Assembly: GCF_018977255.1 (NCBI RefSeq) | Contig: NW_024704742.1 | Span: 121,770,001-121,834,000 of the forward strand | Origin: Callorhinchus milii | Lineage: Eukaryota | DNA: 64,000 nt | Direction: 5' to 3' | Shown: one piece after another, positions 14,191 through 29,700 of the stretch | How positions within the stretch are numbered: the stretch's first letter is position 1 | Layout: every line of letters begins with the position of its first letter | The notes under the pieces: model-generated | What the model saw: the letters and a program-made list of their open reading frames with translations, nothing else | Told to the model about the DNA's origin: nothing | Database searches by the model: none | Program-made: the position numbers and the translations under genes

Positions 14191-15819
14191 CCCCAAGGCA
14201 TATAAATAAAGTAATTCGATCATAAGCTGTGCATAATCCACATCTAATAGATTTTGCCAAATGTATTCAGAAGGTCTTTCATCTACATCTCAGTGCTTGG
14301 TATTTTTCAGAATAAGTCTGGTAGATGCTAACAATGTCCCACAATTCTTAAGTTACTGTGGCCTTTGTGAAAATTTGGGTGCCAGACTCTGGCTCAGAAT
14401 GGTGAATTATTAAATCTTACAAGAAGGACAGCTAGGGTTACATGTTGGAATGGAGTTTGAAAGGACTATAATGGTTTATGTCTTTTTCCCTCATATCTTT
14501 ATGGACCTAAAGCTGGAAAAATAAACAAGGTACCAGCTAATTACAAGTCTGAAATCATTCCCAAATTAGGTAATTCTCAAACAAGTTCAAAATTACTGAT
14601 AGAAATATGTTTCCAGCGTTGCTCCCAAGTTCATTTCCCTTTTTAAGAAAATGGAATTGTGTGTGGGATCTCTAGGGATAAGGTAAAGTTGCTGAACAGA
14701 CTATTTACTGAAAAACCATCTGAAATACAGGGTCAGGAATCAAAAGCCTTTGTATCAAAGTATAGGAACTCAATCAGATAAATTACATAAGAGACAAAAA
14801 AGTTAAATCTCCTTTTAAAATGTTGTCCTGATAGAGCTGCTAACCTCGAGCAATAAGTACTCTGGTTTAAAAAATATTTTTTTTCCCTTTCGCATGTGTG
14901 TTTGATCTGTCCTCTGTTTAACTGGTATTGTTTCATCTGGGATAGAATCATTACATCCACTCTAAGAAGGGATCAGACTCGGTCTTCAATAATTCCTGAC
15001 AAATAGCCCTCCTACAGGTCGTGTCAAAACTAAGGGAAGACGACTGGATGAGAAGATGTTGCAACGTCTCAGCTTGCTAAGTGGTGGTCAATTGGTTTCA
15101 GAGCAGGGTTGTCACTTTAATAACACAGTCCAGAAATGGAGAGGCGTTCTTGATCTCCAGTATAAAGGTTCAGCAATAGCCCTTAGCTTTTCTATCATCA
15201 GCAGTACGCCTCGTGAATACAGAAGTTGATATACAGACACACTGTTTCTTAGTGAAACACAGTTTCTTGAGCACATCAGGTTTTAATCTGTAAACTATGG
15301 ATGAGGTATTCTTAACTGTTTTTCTATTCCTTTCATTTTCAAGCCTCATCTTGTCTGATGCTTTATATTGAATTATAATGATAAGGTTTGTCCGATGAAG
15401 CACAGGAGAAAGCATTGGATGTCTGCCACAACTAATCTATAATTTCATGAACTTAATATAATAGGCACTATATCGCTCTATTTGAATCAAATTATCTTCT
15501 AGATGAGTTCGAAGTTGAATTAACCAAATCTATTCATAGTAATGACATTACGCATTTTATGTCGGATTACATTTTTAAAAATCTGGCAGCATTTTAAATT
15601 CAGAAGAAAGTATTTCAGTGTGTGACAACGTTCTGTTTCTGTCTTGTCTCTTGATTTGGAAAGAGTAATTCATTGTGAATTTTATAGCAAAGTAATCAAT
15701 AGCATTACACTGACTCCCACACTCCTGCTCTTGCAGTAACTCATGTAAATTGGATACTGCCCTGGTTGAAGTACCAAACTGTTGTGAGTGTAGTGCAATT
15801 AGTGTAGTTTAATAGTAAC

Positions 15820-16145
15820 TGTTACTCCCTGCTCGCCGTCTTCCCAAATCTTCCCTCCATAAACTGCAGATTATTCAAAACTCTGCAGCTTGTGTCCTCT
15901 CCTGCACCAGGTTCCGTAACCCCATTACCCCCGTCCTCGCTCGGCTTCACAGACTCCCCATCCCCCAGAGGATCGAGTTTTGAGATCCTCGTTCCACTCC
16001 AGTCTTGCTTTTCCCTAAATCTGCGAGCTACTAAAACCTTATCAACCAGTTTGCTCATTCTGCTCAGCAGGCACTGGTCTGCTCCATTTCCCCTGTCCTC
16101 CCGAAGTGAAGGGCGCTATATAAATACAATTTGTTGTTGTTGTTT
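15820..16145 (+). mobile_element. L2 3' fragment
   Basis: Similar to the NSLL..LHKLQIIQN region; ends in gcgctatataaatac...(TTG)n. Confidence 0.75.
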
Positions 16146-16679
16146 GCAGTCTTACATTCTCAGCTACTCTGATACTTTAAAGAGACATTCTCAGTTTTTA
16201 AACCACTCTGTCTGACAATCAGTTTATTTATTTAGCTGTTTCTTTTTTTAAAAAAATCATGCAGACTAATTCTTTAATTCCCCCTGAAAATCTCAATAAA
16301 TAGAGGACGTGTGTATCTGATGGTGTAAAGCTTTCTTGACTTCTCATTAGATGTCTCAATGTGTCACTTTTTGACTGACTCAGTGTAATTCTATTCAATT
16401 ATAATCGGAACAGTAATTTTCCTTGCTAAGTAGTTCTGCATGGGAAAAGCAATAGGGGTCACAATGTTCAATTGAAAGAGGGAATGGATTATGCCTGTAA
16501 AGCCCAAATTTCCTCACTAAGATGTAAGCAGTGTTATTGACAGATGCAGATATGAACTAATTGCAATATGTGAGATATGGATCAGCTCACTGTGTAAAGT
16601 CACATAGGAAGTGGAAAATATTTGAAGAGTTTTATTGCCACTCTTGAGTGAGATTTGGTTGTCAGCTGGTTGTTTGACA

Positions 16680-17613
16680 CATGCGGATACCTACCAACTG
16701 TACCTCTCTGCCTCCACCCTTGACTCCAGGACCACTGCTGTCCTGACAGAATGACTGTCAGATTTCAAATCCCGGATGAGAGCTAACTTTCTTCAGTTGA
16801 ACGTCAACAAGACCGAAGCTCTGCTGATTGACTCCCGTCAGTGCCTCCACATCTCAGGCGCTGACAGCATCACCATCCATGAATGCACACTCCACCTTAA
16901 TAAGCCAGTCCGGAACCTTGGCATCTTGTTTGACCCTCAACTAATCTTTCTACCCCACATCCATGCCATGACTTGCTCTGTCTTCCCCCACCTCCGCAAC
17001 ATCACCCAGCTCCACCACTGTCTCGCACCGCAGGCCGCCGAAACCCTCAATCATGCATTCATTATGTGGAGGCTTGACTATGCAAACTCATTGCTTGTTG
17101 GCCACCCCAACTCCTTCCTTCATAGGCTGCAGATCATCTAGAACTCTGCACATGTGTCCTCTCTCTCACCAGGCTCCGTGACCCTATCAATCCCATCCTC
17201 TCCCGACTCCACTGGCTTCCCATCACACAGAGGATACAATTCCGGATCCTGGTCCTCACCTTCAAAGCCCTCCATAGCCTTGCTCCCCCCTGTCTCTGTG
17301 ACCTTGTAACCCCCTACCATCCTGCCTGATCCCTCAGCTCAGCGGGCTTCGGCTTGCTTCAGTCTGTCACTCTGCCATACCCTCTGGAACTCCATCCCGC
17401 AGTCCCAATGCCTCGTCCATTCCCTTGCCTCCTTCAAGGCCTATCTCAAGATCCTCCTCTTCGACCATGCTTTCGATCTCCCTGCTTCCTCCCCGGCCCT
17501 CCACCCTCCCTGATCCCGACCTCCAGCTCGGATCTGAAACACTGACTGTCCAGCGCCTTGAGATGTCCTCCTAACGTGAAAGGCACGATACAAATGTAAT
17601 TTTGTTGTTGTTG
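16680..17613 (+). mobile_element. L2 LINE 3' fragment
   Basis: NFLQLNVNKTEALLI...VRNLGILFD...RLDYANSLL; ends in the L2 3' stem-loop and (TTG)n. Confidence 0.9.
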
Positions 17614-18792
17614 TCTCAGAAACCTGGCTGAAGCTATATTTTGTACTTAAATGGGGAGAAAACGGTGGTATGTATTGAGCCAAACAAGTATTTAGTGCTA
17701 TATTGGTTTTCCTTATTCTTCACTGGTTTAAATTTCCCAGACTTGCCTTTCAGTTAAATATACCTGCTGCAATTGGGATAAGTTTCATCGTCCACAATCA
17801 GCTGATTTGCTATGTGTGCTTTAAGGAAGCAGATGGTAGGCTTCATGCCAGAAATGAGGCTAGTGAGAGCGAGGAAGGAGACTGAAAATTGGCTTAGCAA
17901 AAGAAAGCAGAAGGTCAGCACTCTGCATGGGTATAACAGATGGCAGACCCTGTGATGTTACAAATGGTAATCACAACTTGAATTCTATAGGAGTGAGAGA
18001 TACTAAGTAAATAAGGGAAAATCATAAGTATGTAAATATTTTTTGGGGGCCAATGTTCTTGGCTTTTCTTTCCTGAAGGTGCTCACTATTCTCCAAGCAC
18101 TAATAGGCCTTTGGTGGCTAGCCCAAATGTATATTCTTCATGTGTGAACCAGGGCAGTAGTTATTTTCAGTCTATTAGGTCAAATGCCCATCATAGCTGA
18201 GCCCAATCTCTTCCTTACCTGATGTCCAGCAAGACCCACAGTACAACCTCTGTAGCTGCGTAGTCCGATTAAATTTATTGACATTTAAAATACAGTAATT
18301 TCAAATAGAATTGCTCAGTTAAGATAACTTGAAGTACATCACACTGAGCTTGTAGGAAATCCTCTCTGAAAACAGGCCAAGTTGGTGCAAGTTAAAGGAT
18401 TCCTCCAAATAAAAAAAAGGCCATTCACTTCATGGCTGTTTGTGAGACATTGCTGTGCATTGGCTACCATATTTGTCTGTAAACATACAGAAGCTATATT
18501 TCATAGTAAATTCCCATGGAGCTCTATGAGACACCTCAATGAAGTGATATATCAAATGCAAGGGTTATTAATCTTGTTTGAAATTCTATGTTTCGCCCAC
18601 AAAATACAGTCAATCCACTTTGCAATATATTTTGTGAAGTGCTTTGAGATGCCTCAATGATGTGATAAGGTGCTACATCAAATGCAAGGATTATTATTAG
18701 TAGCAGTAGTAGTTTAGATCCCATTGTTTTAGCGCCAAATTATAGATCTGAGAGAAGTCTGAGTAAACAGAACCTCTGGAAGAAAATAAAAC

Positions 18793-19109
18793 GGAGTCCT
18801 GTAGCTCAGTGGTTAGAGCACTCGCTTTGCAAGCGAGAGACCTGAGTTCAATTCCAGGCAGGGCGAAACCTTGGGCAAGTTTCCTTACTCCACACGCCTA
18901 ATAATAATCCCTCCAAAACCCAAAACAATAATAAATTGGTCATTTTCAATCTACGACTGTTTGTGGGACATTGCTGTGCACAATTGGCTGCCGCGTTCGC
19001 CCACAAATATACAGTCAATTCACTTTACAGTGTGTTCTGTGAAGCGCTTTGGGACGTCCTTCCGACGTGAAAAGCGCTATATCAAATGCAAGGATTATTA
19101 TTATTATTA
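18793..19109 (+). mobile_element. Young Deu-domain SINE, short subfamily
   Basis: Full-length copy, near-identical to 2547-2873. Confidence 0.9.
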
Positions 19110-22100
19110 AACATGGAATGAGAAAATGGCATGTCATCCACCAAGCTCATTTCTAACAAACCATACAATAACTAATCTATTGTGGGCTTCAACCCACTCC
19201 CTGATTCCAGTGGTAATTGAGCAAAAACTTCAGAATATTACGTCCTTTGCCACATCTTTACCATTCAACTCCAACCACCTATCCAAACAGACTGTTACAC
19301 ATATCTATAACTGTGAGAAAATAATTCTAATCTCTTATTCATCTTGAGGCTTTTATTGAGTGCAAAAAAGGGAATCAGAATTGTTTCTGGTTTTGCTGTG
19401 TGATATTAATCACATGGGCAATGCCATAAATGAAATTGGGTACTGTCAAGGACAATAACCATTAGGTTACGAAAACCCTACTGACTCTGGTATCCCATTG
19501 TAAACATCAATCTACCCTGTTAACTGCGTTTCACACAGGAATGCCACCATTGCTCTAATGTGACATCAGTCTGCCTTTAATCTGTATTGCTCATCTCCAG
19601 TACAACACTGCTTTCTCTCTGTAGTGCAAAGCAAGAATCTGAGCGGTGCATCTCTTTACCGATCTTGGAGTGAGCAAAAGAGCATCCAATTTTCCTCTGG
19701 TTGGTATATTTGCCCACAATAGATCATAGGATCTGTAGTTTTGTATTTGGCACATTAGCAAGTGTTGGTAGAGATACCTTTCTATGGGTATTACAAATGT
19801 TGTCCTTGAAATGACTTGCATCAAATGACTGGTGCAAGTGAAAGGAGGAATGAGGTTGTTGATTTAGGCCTGGGGGAAATGCTATGAAAATGTATCATGC
19901 TGAGTGTTACAAAGGCATAATCATGTATTGTTGTATCTGAAATCTACATGAGTAAACATCTGTAGCCAGGACAGCTTTGCTCAACTGGATATCTACCTGA
20001 AAGTGATGGTAACATTTACTCTCAACACATTTTTCACCCAATTTTTCCAAAGCAGAAATTATGAAGCTGATGTACAAGGCTTCATATTAAGCTAATTTAT
20101 TAACTTTATTTACATTATCTAAAGTATTGTCAACAGTGGCAATCTGGCCCAGTTGGTAACACTTTTGCACCTGAGTCAAGCGCAACAACAGACTTTGATT
20201 TCACATAGTCTATCTAGGCTAACGCTTCTTTGCACTGCTAGCGGAGCAGTGTCCACCTACCTCTGACATTCTTAAACCCTACCAACGTGCTCGGTCCCTC
20301 CACTCAGGAGACACTGCTCTGCTTTAAGCTCCCCCACCATGCCCACTCCACTGTTGGCAGTCAGGCTTTCAGACACTCTCTGGAACTGCATCTTGGAGTT
20401 ACTTCACCTCTCTTGCCTCCTTCAAAGTCTATCTCAAGGCCTTCATCGTTGATCATGCCTTTGGTCATCTTCTCACCATCCTTGGCCTTCACCCCTCTCA
20501 AATCCAACCCCCAGCTCGGGTGCAAACCCTCAACTGCCCAATGCCTTGGGTCATTCTCCCGACATGAAAGGTGCTATATAAATGCAATCTGTTGTTGTTA
20601 CATTGTCAAAGGTCCTCGTCCTTCAGATGAGACTTTAAACTGAGGTCCTGTCTACCTATTCAGGTGGACATTAAGGATTCCATGGCATAGTTGGCCGTCT
20701 CTATAAATGTTTCCATATAAAATTCAGTCGAGCCTGAATAAATACTTTATTTCAGAGTTTGTAACACAAAGGGCTCTGCGTACAGCTCAATATAATGGCA
20801 ATTAACTTTGTAGATCCTTCTGACGTTGGCCAATGTAAAGCGGCATATAAAGCATAGACACTCTGCTCCTTTTTTCTTTTAAATTGATGGCATAGCTTCA
20901 AACTCAAATTAACAGACATCACTGGAGCTGTGGTTAGCTGTGGAGACTGTAAACAAAAGCTCACATTAATATTAATGACTAATTTATCATCATTTGTTTT
21001 TGAAGAATTAAGATTGAAGCAATTTCCATCATGTCTTAATCCATTTGTTTCAATTATTTCTGGAATGTTTACATTGAGCAGACTTTTACAAGGGGAAAAA
21101 AAAGGGAAACCACATTAGTGGGGACTAAACTTTGTCTTTGTTGGAGAAGGAATTTGTTTCGCAGGCAAATGAGGGAAAGCAGTACTATGTCTTAATCTCT
21201 GCGTAAAACCTAGAAAAAATCTCAAAGAAATGTTGCTTGAATAAAGAACATCAATGCTAATTTATACTATGCTTTGTGCAGTAATCCATTATGAAAAGCT
21301 CAGTAAAATAAATTTCACAACTTGATCTCCAGCTGATAGAACTACTTTGAATCTTATCAGTTTTGGCAAGAAAAGTAGAGTTCACTTGCAATTTGGGGAA
21401 AATGGCGGTTTTGGCAACTATTTGGCAAACAATAGAAACTGCTAGCTGTTTTGGCAAAAATCTTTTAATTTCTTTGGAGTACTTCATTAGTTAGTTTAAC
21501 TGAAATGCTAATATAATTATTTTGGTTCTGTTTGTCTAGTACTGTACTGACACTCCAATGTAGCACTATCCTTCAACAACAACTTGCATTTATGTAACGT
21601 CTTTCACGCAGGGTAGTGTCCCAGAAGTCTTCAGATGAGTTGTTAAACCAAAGTCCCATTTGCCTGTTCAGGTGGATGTTAAGATCCTACGGCTCTACTT
21701 AAAAAACAAAGGGAGTTTTTTCCCAGTGTCCTGGCCAAGAATCCCCAAAATAAAATTGTTCACTCACTTCATGGCTGTTTGTGGGGCAATGCTGTATGCA
21801 AATTGGCTGTTGAGTTTGCCAACAAATATACAGTCACTAAGCTTTCAGTAAAAATTCTGTGAAGTGCTTTGAGATGTCTTGATGACATGATAAGGTGCAA
21901 TATCAAATACAAGAATGATTTAATTATTTATTTTAATGTGGTTTCTTCCACTACGTCCTATTGCAAATATTGTGAAAGAAAGGGGTTGCAACAGAACAAA
22001 TAAATGTGTAAAATCCCTTTAAATAAAAGTTAATTCCTATCTTGGATTTCCATTGGTTATCTTTCCTTTTGTTTGGGTTTGCACGTCTGACCCTTTAATT

Positions 22101-22730
22101 TAAGCACAAATAAAAGAAGGAGGCATTGTGTGAAACGTGTAAATAACAATCAATGCATCGACTTGTAATAATAATAATCCTTGCATTTGATATAGCGCCT
22201 TATCACGTCTTAGAGACACCTCAAAGCGCTTCACAGAATATACTGCAAAGTGAATTGACTGTATGTTTTGTGGGTATATATTTTGTCGACTTGTAATGCG
22301 GGTGTAAACATGTTTACTGTGGGGTATTCACCTTGTTTCCCCTCAATGACTTTTTCCTTGTTGCTCATCCAAGAGTCCAACTACCTGGGTGAAGCAAAAT
22401 AAATGTCAAGGGCTGTCTTATTTGCCTACAAACATGGTGATCCATTGTGTGAAGCATTTTGAGACATTTCAATATCTTATAACAATTCAGTATTCATTAT
22501 TCCAAGACCAAAAATGCATCTTGCCTATTTCAGCTGTAAGATTCCTGTTTCATTCAGAATAGAGCATTTCATAAAGCTGCATTGCTGTTGGGGATGTCTC
22601 AGGTATATGAGCAGAAAGTAATAAATTCAGAAAAAAATGTAAAAAATGCTGGTTTAAATTGTTACTGTCGAACAAGCTCCTGGAGTTCAGCAGACTTTAT
22701 TGTCTGGTCAGATTGCTGTTGCGTCTTATT

Positions 22731-23052
22731 ATAATAATAATAATAATAATCCTTGTATTTGATATAGCGCTTTTCACGTTGGGAGGACGTCCCAAAGCGT
22801 TTCACAGAACACACTGTAAAGTGAATTGACTGTATATTTGTGGGCGAAAGTGGCAGCCAATTGCACACAGCAATGTCCCACAAACAGTCGTAGATTGAAA
22901 ATGACCAATTTATTATTGTTTTTTGTTTTGGAGGGATTATTATTAGGCGTGTGGAGTAAGGAAACTTGCCCAAGGTTTCGCCCTGCCTGGAATTGAACTC
23001 AGGTCTCTCACTTGCAAAGCGAGTGCTCTAACCACTGAGCTACAGGACTCCA
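22731..23052 (-). mobile_element. Young Deu-domain SINE, short subfamily
   Basis: Full-length reverse copy. Confidence 0.9.
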
Positions 23053-24514
23053 CGTATGTGATCTGAACCTCTTGAGTGCTTTCCAGTTTTGTAACCTTAA
23101 AATATGTTATTTTATTTATAGAATATTTTAGACGGAATAATTCACTGCATCGAATGCAATTATTTTCCAATAAATCTGCTGTAATGATGCCCCTGTGGAA
23201 GCTTCCTACCATCTGTAAAGGTCATTTACACCAATTTCAGTTGTCATTTTACCTTGCAAATCCAGATTGGATTAAAAAACAATGTGTACCACAAGCAAAA
23301 ACAACACAAATTGAAAACTCATCAAAATAGTATTATTGTAGATTTTTTTTGCAAAATCAAACCAGAACAATAGGCTTAATTTGAAGATTGCAACTTAATC
23401 CTGGAGTTTGGGTAGAATTCAGAAAGCTTCTGTCATTATCATCAGTGTCAACTGAACACCAGAAAGTTGCCTCACTGTTCTGCATATTTTATTGAGAAAT
23501 GGGATGAAACATAAAAGGTTCATTCCTGCAATCTAATTTCTTCAATTTCCCTATGTTTCTTTGCATGTCTATCAACTTCAAGGTTTGCAGAGAGGATCTG
23601 TGAGTGTAAGTTAATGAAATTGTTTAGTTCATAGCTTACTGGATAAGCTATTCTTGGCTGCGCAGATGAGACACAGAAAGTGTCATTTCAGTGAGGTAAA
23701 TTTTATTGTGTTCTTTAGTACTGGAACCACATACTGATAATAGCAAACCATTGAAAGAATCAGGCTTCATTATTAAGAAAGCTAATAAATATGCACAAGA
23801 TTCAAGAATTGTAGAAGACGGTAGGAAGTGAATTAATGACCTGAAACATACCGCAGTAGCTAAGCCAGTGCAAATCAAATGTAAAGGACAGCAAGGTATT
23901 TCAGGGCTTCTCTCCCCCTCAGAGAAGATGAGAGCACAACTGTTCCAGCTACAAGGTTAACGACGACAACAACTTGGCGTTGGAGTGTGCTGTTGATTCT
24001 GGTAAATGTTGCAAATATTCCCCTTAGTTGGTTGGAAAAAAAATCACTAGAATATTTAACAATATTTAAATAAAATGATTGTCCTATGCTTATAATTGTT
24101 TGATGACACTCTGCTGTAATCAATATATGTAGATCTGTCTTTTGCAATTTTATTTTCTCAGTCCAATTTTCTCCAATTGATTTATTGTAGCCCTTGACTC
24201 ATTCAAGGTCATAGTTCCATTGGTCTTGACCTCCCTCTGGTACCTTGCTTTTCTGGACATTCTTCAAGTGTGAGTGAAAAAAGCATGTATCGTCACTATT
24301 CGAGTGCTTGAGACATTCCAGCTAGCCTGATGCTTCCCGTCCAAGCTCCAAACATATATTTCTTGCTGTGGATCATTAGATGCTGGGAAGCAGGAATTTC
24401 TCTTCCCTCTACCCCCACCCCACCTGAAACCAGGAACACTGAAGCCAGGTTTAGCATCTTTGCTGGCGGCCAGGCTGACTCTGAACTGACCAGGAATTGA
24501 ACCAGGGTCTCTAT

Positions 24515-24839
24515 GTGGAGTCCTGTAGCTCAGTGGTTAGAGCACTCGCCTTGCAAGCGAGACACCTGGGTTCAATTCCAGGCAGGGCGAAACCTTGGGC
24601 AAGTTTCCTTACTCCACACGCCTAATAATAATCCCTCCAAAAACAAAAACAATAATAAATTGGTCATTTTCAATCCACGACTGCTTGTGGGACACTGCTG
24701 TGCGCAATTGGCTGCCGCGTTTCGCCTACAAATATACAGTTAATTCATTTTACAGTATATTCTGCGAAGCACTTTGAGAGGTCTAGAAAAAAAGTGCTAT
24801 ATCAAATGCAAGGATTATTATTATTATTGTTATTATTAT
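24515..24839 (+). mobile_element. Deu-domain SINE, short subfamily
   Basis: Full-length copy. Confidence 0.9.
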
Positions 24840-24959
24840 CATCATCTGCCATGACTGAGTAACTACAAGGGCCATTTAGTTTATCCAGCGAGGAGATTTA
24901 TTTAATGAAGACTATGACAGACCATAGAGAATATACCACATCTCCTCAAGATTATTGAT

Positions 24960-25412
24960 CTAATGCAATACAAATTTATATTTGTATAGTGCCTTTCGTG
25001 ACATGAGGACGTCCCAAAGCGCTTGACAGTCAGAGATTTGGACCTGAATGGTGATGGGGGGGTGGGGGGTTGAGTTCAGGGAGGGTGGAGGGAGGGCAGG
25101 ATACGAAGGTGGCCGAAGAGGGTCTTTTGATGCACCTTGAAGGAGGTAAGGGAAGGAGCGAGGTAAAGGGAATGTTCTAAATGGGTTTGAAGGGTCGGGG
25201 CAGGAAGGCTGAAGGCCCGACTACAGATGGTGGGACAGGACAGGCCAGGCTGGGAACGTGGAACAGACTGGAGCCTGCTGAATGGAGGAAGTGGACAGGT
25301 TGATACGGGGTTAGCAGGTCAGAGAGGTAGGAAGGGGCAAGGCTTTGGAAGGCCTTGAAGGCGAGGGTGAGGATTTTGAACTCTATCCTCTGGGGGAATG
25401 GGGAGCCAGTGC
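24960..25412 (-). mobile_element. L2 3' fragment
   Basis: Purine-rich stretch collinear with 31270-31720, including the tail stem-loop. Confidence 0.8.
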
Positions 25413-26774
25413 AGGGTGGTCCTCACTAAATCTCTGGATGTTGCTATTCAAAACCCCTTCCCCACACACCAACTCCTCTGTTCAACACGTGGTGGTCAGA
25501 ATCAAACTCAAAGTGTCACCCTGTCCCTCAAAACATCTATGAATAGAAAAGGTGCTATTAATAGTTTAGATTTTATTCAACAACATCAACAAACATCATT
25601 ATTTATTTATTAGTGTAATCTAATTTGCATGTTTTTTATATAGTGATACATTTACATTTTTATTGCAATAAGTCAATATGGTCAAGTTAATCATAATGAA
25701 ATAGTTCATGTTTTTAGATTATTGTTGCAATGTATTCAGTGAAGGTAGTTAGACTGTTTAGTATGTACGATGGGAGGAGAAACAAAGCTTTAGGTGGATT
25801 ACTGTTTTAATTATTTGAGTAAACTGTGTACAAATATATTTTATTTCTCTGGTTAGTGTCGTCTTTCCTCCCTAATGTCAGCACAAATATGTTTGTTCAT
25901 GATAGGTTCCCGAAATTGGATTTCTGTTAAAAAGTGATTAATATTCCTTACACTTTGAATGCCATTGATCGGGTTTAAATCTTCATTTTATACAGTCAGT
26001 TATTTGCAAGGTACAAGAAACGTCAATGCACATATTGACTTTAGCATATTGGGAGCAATAAAGCCTGGTTCAGTGTGACTGATGGTAGTGTGCTGATTGA
26101 GTCAGGGGAAACTGTACAATGATAAGCTTTTAATTTTTTCTGAATTTGGCTCTAAAGATTGGGTGTAACCAGCTGCAAGAGATTTGGGTGTTTTGACACA
26201 AAACCAAAAAGAAGTTCCATGAAAAGGGAAATATTTATTATTTTAATTTTGAACACAATATGCAAGGAACGCACACATGGATCTGCACTGTAATTGGATA
26301 GTGAGTTGTGTTTAATAGGGGTTTAATTTTTAATTTTTTTAAGTTCTTAAGAGGAGCTTGTTGCCATTTTATTGGCACTGTTAATGAGTTGCTGTTGAAC
26401 TATGCTGATTTCAAAGGAGATGGCAATGACATTATCCAGTGAGGCGAGATGTCACAAGTTAACAGAAATTTTCAACTCCTTCCTAATTTTTTTTGTCACA
26501 AAATGTGGGGCTCTGTGTGGAAATCTCAGCTGTCTCAAAGTGAAAAGTTCCAGTTGTCATGTACTTAATACAATTTTTAAAAAAAAAAATCCTCCATCTA
26601 ATTTTTCAAACTGCTTACTTTTACGATTCTCAGTTGAATACATTTCTGAAACAAGAAGCACAGTTATACGGCACAAAGGCATTAATGCCAAACTCTGTCA
26701 TTCATCGGGGCTCCAAGACATGGGTGGGGGATGGTGGTCAGTTAGGTGGAAATTCATCACCATGCTTAATAGTG

Positions 26775-29700
26775 TCCAAACCAAGCTGAGAATTCCATGC
26801 ATCCGACCTACATATAGAAATTCCAGGGATAGATTGTTGGAATGGAATGCGCACTCTCTCCCTGGAGGGATACATCCTCCTTATCTAATTCCGGAAAGGA
26901 TTAGGCGCAGCTTGGCAAGAGCCAAAGCTTGGGGATCCCAAAGTGTGCGTGAGGGTAACTGCTGGATTCTAACCAGCTAAAACCACGTAGCTTGCCATTG
27001 AAAGCACTGTCTGGCTTCCCTGAACTGTACCATCATCAAGTTGCCAAACAAAATGTAAAAGGCAATTCAAAGGGATCAGAATGAATGAGACACATCAATC
27101 CATATAGTTCACTCTCTAAAAGCATTGTCATTGTCTGACCAGTGTCTCCAAATTCCATCAATTATATGAAACTATTGCTTCACCAAAATATTATAGCAGT
27201 AGGAAAGCCTCCTCAGAAAAGTAGCTTTTATGATTTTGACATTCAGCCATTATTTTGTCTGATAACAATGCCTCTGCACTTCATAATCACAGCTTTGCAC
27301 TTTGGTGACTCAAAGTGGATTCCGTGTTAGCTGCACCACCACATCTTCTTGATCATTTCACAATTTAAGCTGTCTCCAATTGATATTCACACTGTCAGCA
27401 CAAGTGCCAGAGACTGACATGCTTTGCCAGTTTGCCTATAAAGATCACAAGCAATCAGTGCACACACTGAGCCTAGGCCCTTTATTCTCATCAGGCTGTC
27501 CGGACAAACTAATAACAGTATCTAGAGAGCTGTACGCTCAGTGTACTTCCAGTTCCTAATAAACATTCTAAATTTTTGTCAATCTCAGTCAAAAAGTTGA
27601 ACCTATTTTGTGTTTTGAAGCATTTTGAGTAATTAGTTTCGTTAGCTCAATTGTATAGCCAGTGGGAACTGGATTAAGAACAGCAGTACCGGGTAATTAA
27701 GAGTATTTTAAGACTATTCAAACCACACTGAGAGTTCAACACATGTATGCTACCTGCAAATGGAAATTTCCCTGTGGTTTGGAATTGAATACTCACTCTC
27801 TCTCCATGGAAGGACACGCTTGTTCACATAATTCTGAAGAGTATTAGGTACAGATTGGTGAGAGGCAAGGCGCAGGGACTCCAGAGTGTGTGTTGGGCTA
27901 CTTCTGGACTTCACCCATCTAAACACAGATAGCTTGTCATTGAGAGCACTGTCTGGTTAGCTTCTTACTGCTTGTCCGGGTGGGACCACCTTACCTGTTA
28001 AGGCTTCCGCTTGTAGGGTTAACAGGAATAAAACAGGAATAATTCCTGCCCCCATTCTATCCTTGATTCAATGTTCAATAAACAGCATAACTACAATGCT
28101 TGCAGTAAACATAAAACTGTAGCATGTTCGTTGCTTAAGTATACTTATTGCATAGACGAGTGCAAATTCAGAAACACTTAGTGAATTTAGGGAGGTTGAT
28201 GTAATGGTTATATTTTGCATGTTATCCTGTAATTGTTCCCTCTCCAATTTTTAATTTTCCAAACATAAAAAAATGATGTTTGGAAAAACTTGATTTTTTT
28301 TCTCTCACAAATGTTCCATATCCCAAATTTACCAGTGTAGCTGCACTATTTTTCTCCCACACTGCATTTTGCATTATTCTGTTAGTTACTTCATTGTTTT
28401 CCCTGTAAATCTCATCTGCATGAGTTGCATTCATCAGAATAAAGGCGGCAGAGAGAGACAGGGCGATACTGTGTGAATTTGTGTTTCTATTGCCCTCTGA
28501 GCATTAGAAAAATTGGGTCCTTTTTCAGTTTCATTACTTTCTAGCACATTTGAATAGCAGCTGTAAGGCTTTCCTGTCTCAATTCATGAGTCTGCCTATT
28601 GAGCCCTTGTTTCAATCATGGTGAGCAATGTTTCCATAAAGATTGATGAGGCTTTATCTTGGAATTATTGGTAGAGATACCTGTGGCAGGCAATGTTGCT
28701 CATTCCTCAGGGTGGCAAACTGTTGACGACATACCACTCAACATCCTTCTTGCCAGGACCATATCCGCTGGGGAAAATTGTTTAAAGTTAATGAAAGATA
28801 ATGAATCTTCAAACAGCATTCACATTACGCCTCATCTTCTGCAAACTTTACTTTACAGAAGTGGAGTAAAAGCTGAATCATTAAACCAACCCTTTGAAAC
28901 TTTATTACAACAAAATTAATTTTGTTTCATAGAGTGATATGGCATGGGAAGTTGGCTGAATTAGTTTGTACTGATGTTATGGACTGGCCAACAAGAGGAC
29001 ACATCCACCTCATCAAATCCTTTCATAAACACCTCCATCAGGTCCCCTCTCAATTATCTCAACTCTAGAGAGATGAGCTGAATTGGGCTTTTATAAATGA
29101 AAAAAANGTTGAAGAGAGAGAATTCTTGTTTGGTCAGCCAAGTCTCTTCACATGTGTAAACCTATTCCTAATGGAAATTTCTCCATTACCTGGAGGCTTG
29201 CACTCTGCACACTTAATCCTAGAAATTATTAGGTGCAAATTGGCAACAGACAAAGATCGGGGACCCCATAGTGTATGTGGGGCTACTATTTATGTTGAAC
29301 CTGCTTAAACCACAAAGCTTACCTCTCCTCTCAGCTCTACCTTCATGGCTCTGTCCTTGCCTGGTTCTGTTCTTATCTTTCCCATTGTTTCTACTTTGTT
29401 TCCACCTATGGCTTCTCCTCCAGCCCTCACACCGTCACGTATGGTATACCCAGGGGTTGGTCCTCTCCTTTTTAAAATGTACCTGCTCCCACTCGGGGAT
29501 ATATCCACAGGTATGGGGTTAATTCCATATTTATGTGAATGATACTCTATCACTCTGCCTCCACCCTCAACTCCAGGACCATTGCTGTCCTGTCAGATTG
29601 TCTGTCAGACATCAAGTCCTGGATGAGAGCCACTTTCCTACAGTTGAATGTCGACAAGAATGAGGCTTTCTGGCTTGGCACCCATTAGTGCCTCCTCACC

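Noticed and set aside
18793..18868. tRNA-Ala(TGC)-like sequences (also at 2547, 24515, 40329, 49546 and others)
   Set aside because: These are SINE heads: there is no closing acceptor stem and they always run into the SINE body and tail.
26402..26980. 192-aa ORF
   Set aside because: No recognisable domain or splice context; its 3' part overlaps the unassigned repeat, whose other copies contain stops.
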